Below the pieces are notes generated by a model. The model did not search any database, had not been told where the DNA came from, and worked only from the letters and a program-made list of their open reading frames with translations. A program made the position numbers and the translations under genes. Below are positions 61,472-64,000 of a DNA stretch of 64,000 bases, piece after piece. Source of the stretch: an uncultured Pelagibacteraceae bacterium (GTDB taxonomy: Bacteria; Pseudomonadota; Alphaproteobacteria; Pelagibacterales; Pelagibacteraceae); the NCBI GenBank assembly GCA_902580945.1, contig CACHML010000006.1, forward strand, positions 16,943 through 80,942, read 5' to 3'. The first letter of the stretch is position 1, and each line of letters starts with the position of its first letter.

Positions 61472-62647
61472 TTATTCGATTATTTTGAAATCTGATTTAA
61501 ATTTATCAGTAATAGCTAAACCCAGACCAGGTTTATTGTCGTCCAAGTTAATAAATCCGTTTTCAGGAGCTGGGTCACCTTCAAAAATATAGTAAAATAG
61601 CTCATTACCAATTTCTACATCGTGCACAGGAAAAAATTCGGATATAGGACAATTAAAGTTAGACATTGTTAAATGATAATTATGCATTTGCCCAGCATGT
61701 GGAATAACTGGTACTTGATAAGCTTCTGCTAACGCATTTATTTTACTCGCAATAGTAAAACCACCAACTCTATTATTATCATATTGAATATAACTAACTG
61801 CTTTTAAATCTAACAATTGTTTAAATCCAAATAAGTTGAATTCATGTTCTCCACCAGATATTGGAATAGCATTCATATTATTTAGTTCAGCATAACCATG
61901 AATATCGTCTGCTATAACAGGTTCTTCTAACCATCTAGGATTAAACTTTACTAATTTAGGAATCATTCTTTTAGAGTAGTCTAAATTCCATCCCATATAA
62001 CATTCCATCATAAGGTCTGTGTCATAACCAATCACTTCTCTAACAGCCTCTGCTAGTTCCAAATTTTTCTTCATTCCATCAGGTCCGTCTTTTGGTCCCC
62101 ATCCAAATCTCATTTTAAACATTTTAAAACCTTGATTAACGTAACTTTCAGCTTCTTTTTGTAGTTCTTTTATTGGTTGGCTATAAAGTTTTGAGGCATA
62201 GACTGGAATTTTCTCTTTAGTTCTTCCACCTAATAATTTGAAAACTGGTTTATTTGTAATTTTTCCCATTATGTCCCACAAAGCAATATCAATTGCTGAA
62301 ATAGCGACCATTCCTAATCCTCTTCTACCCCATGCATGAGTTCTTCTGTACATTTTTTCCCAAATATACGCATAATCAAAAGGGTCCTCACCAATAACTA
62401 AAGGAGTTAAATAAGTATCAATGGTTTTTTTTACTAATTGTGGTGCAAGTGCTGCATTTCCAATTCCAATAATTCCATCGTCTGTTTCAACTTCACATAT
62501 TAACCATTCATGAAATCTAAAAGATCCCATTGCATCTGATTTTTCAAATAAAAGGTCAGAAGCATTTGTACAAAAATTATTTTGCGGTGGAACAGTTTTG
62601 CCATTCCATTGGTAAACTCTTGTTCTTATACTTTTAATCTTTGTCAT
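61472..62647 (-). CDS. enolase-superfamily (mandelate racemase subgroup) acid-sugar dehydratase
   Basis: Start reassigned to the ATG at 62647 ([11 protein letters not shown]...). [25 protein letters not shown] and SGGEHE metal-ligand pattern. Confidence 0.8.
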   Translation of the reverse strand: MTKIKSIRTRVYQWNGKTVPPQNNFCTNASDLLFEKSDAMGSFRFHEWLICEVETDDGIIGIGNAALAPQLVKKTIDTYLTPLVIGEDPFDYAYIWEKMYRRTHAWGRRGLGMVAISAIDIALWDIMGKITNKPVFKLLGGRTKEKIPVYASKLYSQPIKELQKEAESYVNQGFKMFKMRFGWGPKDGPDGMKKNLELAEAVREVIGYDTDLMMECYMGWNLDYSKRMIPKLVKFNPRWLEEPVIADDIHGYAELNNMNAIPISGGEHEFNLFGFKQLLDLKAVSYIQYDNNRVGGFTIASKINALAEAYQVPVIPHAGQMHNYHLTMSNFNCPISEFFPVHDVEIGNELFYYIFEGDPAPENGFINLDDNKPGLGLAITDKFKSDFKIIE

Positions 62648-62669
62648 TTTTTTTTTATATTTTGCAATT

Positions 62670-63668
62670 TCATAATCTATTTTTATTTTCAGCCATTGTA
62701 AGTGCAATTTTAAACGAATTCAAAGTTGGTTCTAAATTTGCTATATTTTTACCAGCAATATCAAAAGCTGTACCATGGGCAGGAGTTGTAATGGGTACAG
62801 GAAGACCTCCTTGGACGGTTACACCTCGGTCAAATCCAAACGCTTTTAACCCAGATTGAAGTGCATCATGATACATTCCAACAATACAATCGTGATTTCC
62901 GTTTTTATATGCTGTTATAAATGAAGTATCACAAGGTAGAGGACCATCAGCATTTATTCCCAATTTTTTTACCTCTTCAATTGCTGGTATAATTTCATCT
63001 TTTTCCTCTGTACCAAATTCAGCGTGAGGATTAAGTGCCTGAACAGCTACTCTTGGTTTTTTTATACCATTTAGTTTCATTGCTTCATTAATCAGTTTAA
63101 TTGGTTCGATTATTTTTTCTTTTTTTATATTATTTGGGACTTCTCTAATTGGAATATGTGATGTTACTCGCGCAGTCCAAAAATTATCAATTACATTAAA
63201 TTCACAAAAAAAATTTTTAACTTTAAGCTTTTCAGCCATTAAGTGTAATTCATCAGAATATCTATTACCACCAAGTTTAAGACTTGTTTTATTAAATGGA
63301 CCAAAATTTATTGCATGAATTTTTTTTTCTTTAGCTAATTCTAAAGCAATATTAAGAGCCGACAGAACACTTTCACCTGATTCTTTTGAACATTCTGACA
63401 GCTTATAATCATGATTTTTGCCTTGAGTAATGTCTAGAAAAAATTTATTACTTTTTTTAAAATCTATTTTGTCAAATTCATCTACATAATTAATATTATG
63501 TTTGTTGCCTGAAATTTCATTTCCATTTTCTAAAATTTTTCTCTCTCCAATTATAATTATATTAGCTTTATTTGTAATATCCTCGCTCAATAACTTTGAG
63601 ACCAATTCGGGTCCTATGCCCGAAGGGTCACCAAGTAATAATGCAATATTAATTTTATTAAGAGACAT
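62670..63668 (-). CDS. PdxA-family NAD-dependent 4-phospho-hydroxyacid dehydrogenase, second paralog (PdxA2-like)
   Basis: [29 protein letters not shown] and [12 protein letters not shown] mirror the PdxA motifs but in a sugar-acid context. Confidence 0.8.
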   Translation of the reverse strand: MSLNKINIALLLGDPSGIGPELVSKLLSEDITNKANIIIIGERKILENGNEISGNKHNINYVDEFDKIDFKKSNKFFLDITQGKNHDYKLSECSKESGESVLSALNIALELAKEKKIHAINFGPFNKTSLKLGGNRYSDELHLMAEKLKVKNFFCEFNVIDNFWTARVTSHIPIREVPNNIKKEKIIEPIKLINEAMKLNGIKKPRVAVQALNPHAEFGTEEKDEIIPAIEEVKKLGINADGPLPCDTSFITAYKNGNHDCIVGMYHDALQSGLKAFGFDRGVTVQGGLPVPITTPAHGTAFDIAGKNIANLEPTLNSFKIALTMAENKNRL

Positions 63669-63738
63669 TTTTTTCTTTACGGTTTGTATCAGATTATGTT
63701 TATATTATTAATTATAAATTAACAATTAGAGGAAAATA

Positions 63739-64000
63739 ATGAAAAAAAGTTTTAAATTATTTTTAGCTGCCGCATTTTTGGTAACTGAATTTTTCGTTGT
63801 TGCGCTTCCACTTATGATTACTTCTGCAAAAGCAGATGGACACCCAATCCAAGCAATTACTCATGCTGGTTTTGGTGGTGGAACAGACGTAACAACTAGA
63901 ATGATGTTACTAAGAACTAGAAGGTATCTAAAACAAGATATGCAATTAGTTAACAAAAAAGGTGGTGGTGGAGCAGCATCAATGGATTATATGATGACTT
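63739..64000 (+). CDS. tripartite tricarboxylate transporter substrate-binding protein (TctC/Bug family), 3' end cut by window edge
   Basis: GAGGAAAA ribosome-binding site 5 nt upstream, signal peptide ending AKADG, GGGTD...VNKKGGGGAASM motif. Confidence 0.75.
   Translation, partial: MKKSFKLFLAAAFLVTEFFVVALPLMITSAKADGHPIQAITHAGFGGGTDVTTRMMLLRTRRYLKQDMQLVNKKGGGGAASMDYMMT

Noticed and set aside
62648-62707. 20-codon upstream extension of the enolase-superfamily ORF that overlaps the PdxA2 3' end.
   Set aside because: [11 protein letters not shown] at 62647 matches the usual N-terminus of this family and removes the overlap.
48086-63668. Higher GC in the catabolic island as evidence of recent horizontal transfer. 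Hand-counted lines gave ~35-45% here versus ~10-20% in lptF, the secreted protein gene and the asmA-like gene.
   Set aside because: A hand-counted glnA line gives a similar ~37%, and the two dioxygenase genes inside the island look AT-rich (one line ~30%). The heterogeneity therefore appears to track protein conservation rather than origin. Only a handful of 60-nt lines were counted, so a sliding-window GC and codon-usage analysis is needed.
1-64000. Searched by eye for tRNA, rRNA or other structured RNA genes, CRISPR repeats, transposases, integrases, phage or defence genes, and long direct or inverted repeats.
   Set aside because: None found. Every spacer longer than 80 nt was read on both strands, and all ORFs of 100 aa or more are accounted for by metabolic or housekeeping families or rejected as antisense shadow ORFs. 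A covariance-model scan (tRNAscan-SE or Infernal) would be the decisive check.

Overview
Very AT-rich (roughly 30% GC from hand counts of a few lines) and extremely gene-dense bacterial chromosome segment. Gene content and order point to a streamlined marine alphaproteobacterium of the SAR11/Pelagibacterales type: fabD-fabG-acpP, lptF-lptG-lptD-surA-pdxA-rsmA, NDUFA12 plus DUF2155, purM-purN, hda, and an IscR-controlled suf operon. This assignment is an inference from composition and synteny, not a database match. Bases 1-42,000 are housekeeping genes for lipid and LPS export, purines, aminoacyl-tRNA synthetases, acetyl-CoA carboxylase, thiazole synthesis, RNase E, PBP1A, RF2 with its programmed +1 frameshift, Fe-S assembly and glutamine synthetase. 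Bases 42,000-64,000 form a regulator-free carbohydrate/cyclitol catabolic island. It has iolG, iolE and iolD but none of the canonical downstream iol genes. The island also holds an ALDH-HpcH aldolase pair, an enolase-superfamily dehydratase and several Gfo/Idh/MocA and 2-hydroxyacid dehydrogenases. A tight six-gene module of unknown role is embedded in it: a KPR-like reductase, two Fe/2OG dioxygenases, a 2-HADH, DUF1907 and a degenerate PanB-like protein. The island ends with a ribose-type ABC importer whose ATPase is broken by an A8 frameshift, then rbsD/rbsK, a second PdxA paralog and a TctC-type binding protein. I found no rRNA, tRNA, CRISPR array, transposase, integrase or phage gene. The best candidate for undescribed biology is the non-canonical inositol-linked island and its embedded six-gene module. 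All pathway proposals for it are inference.
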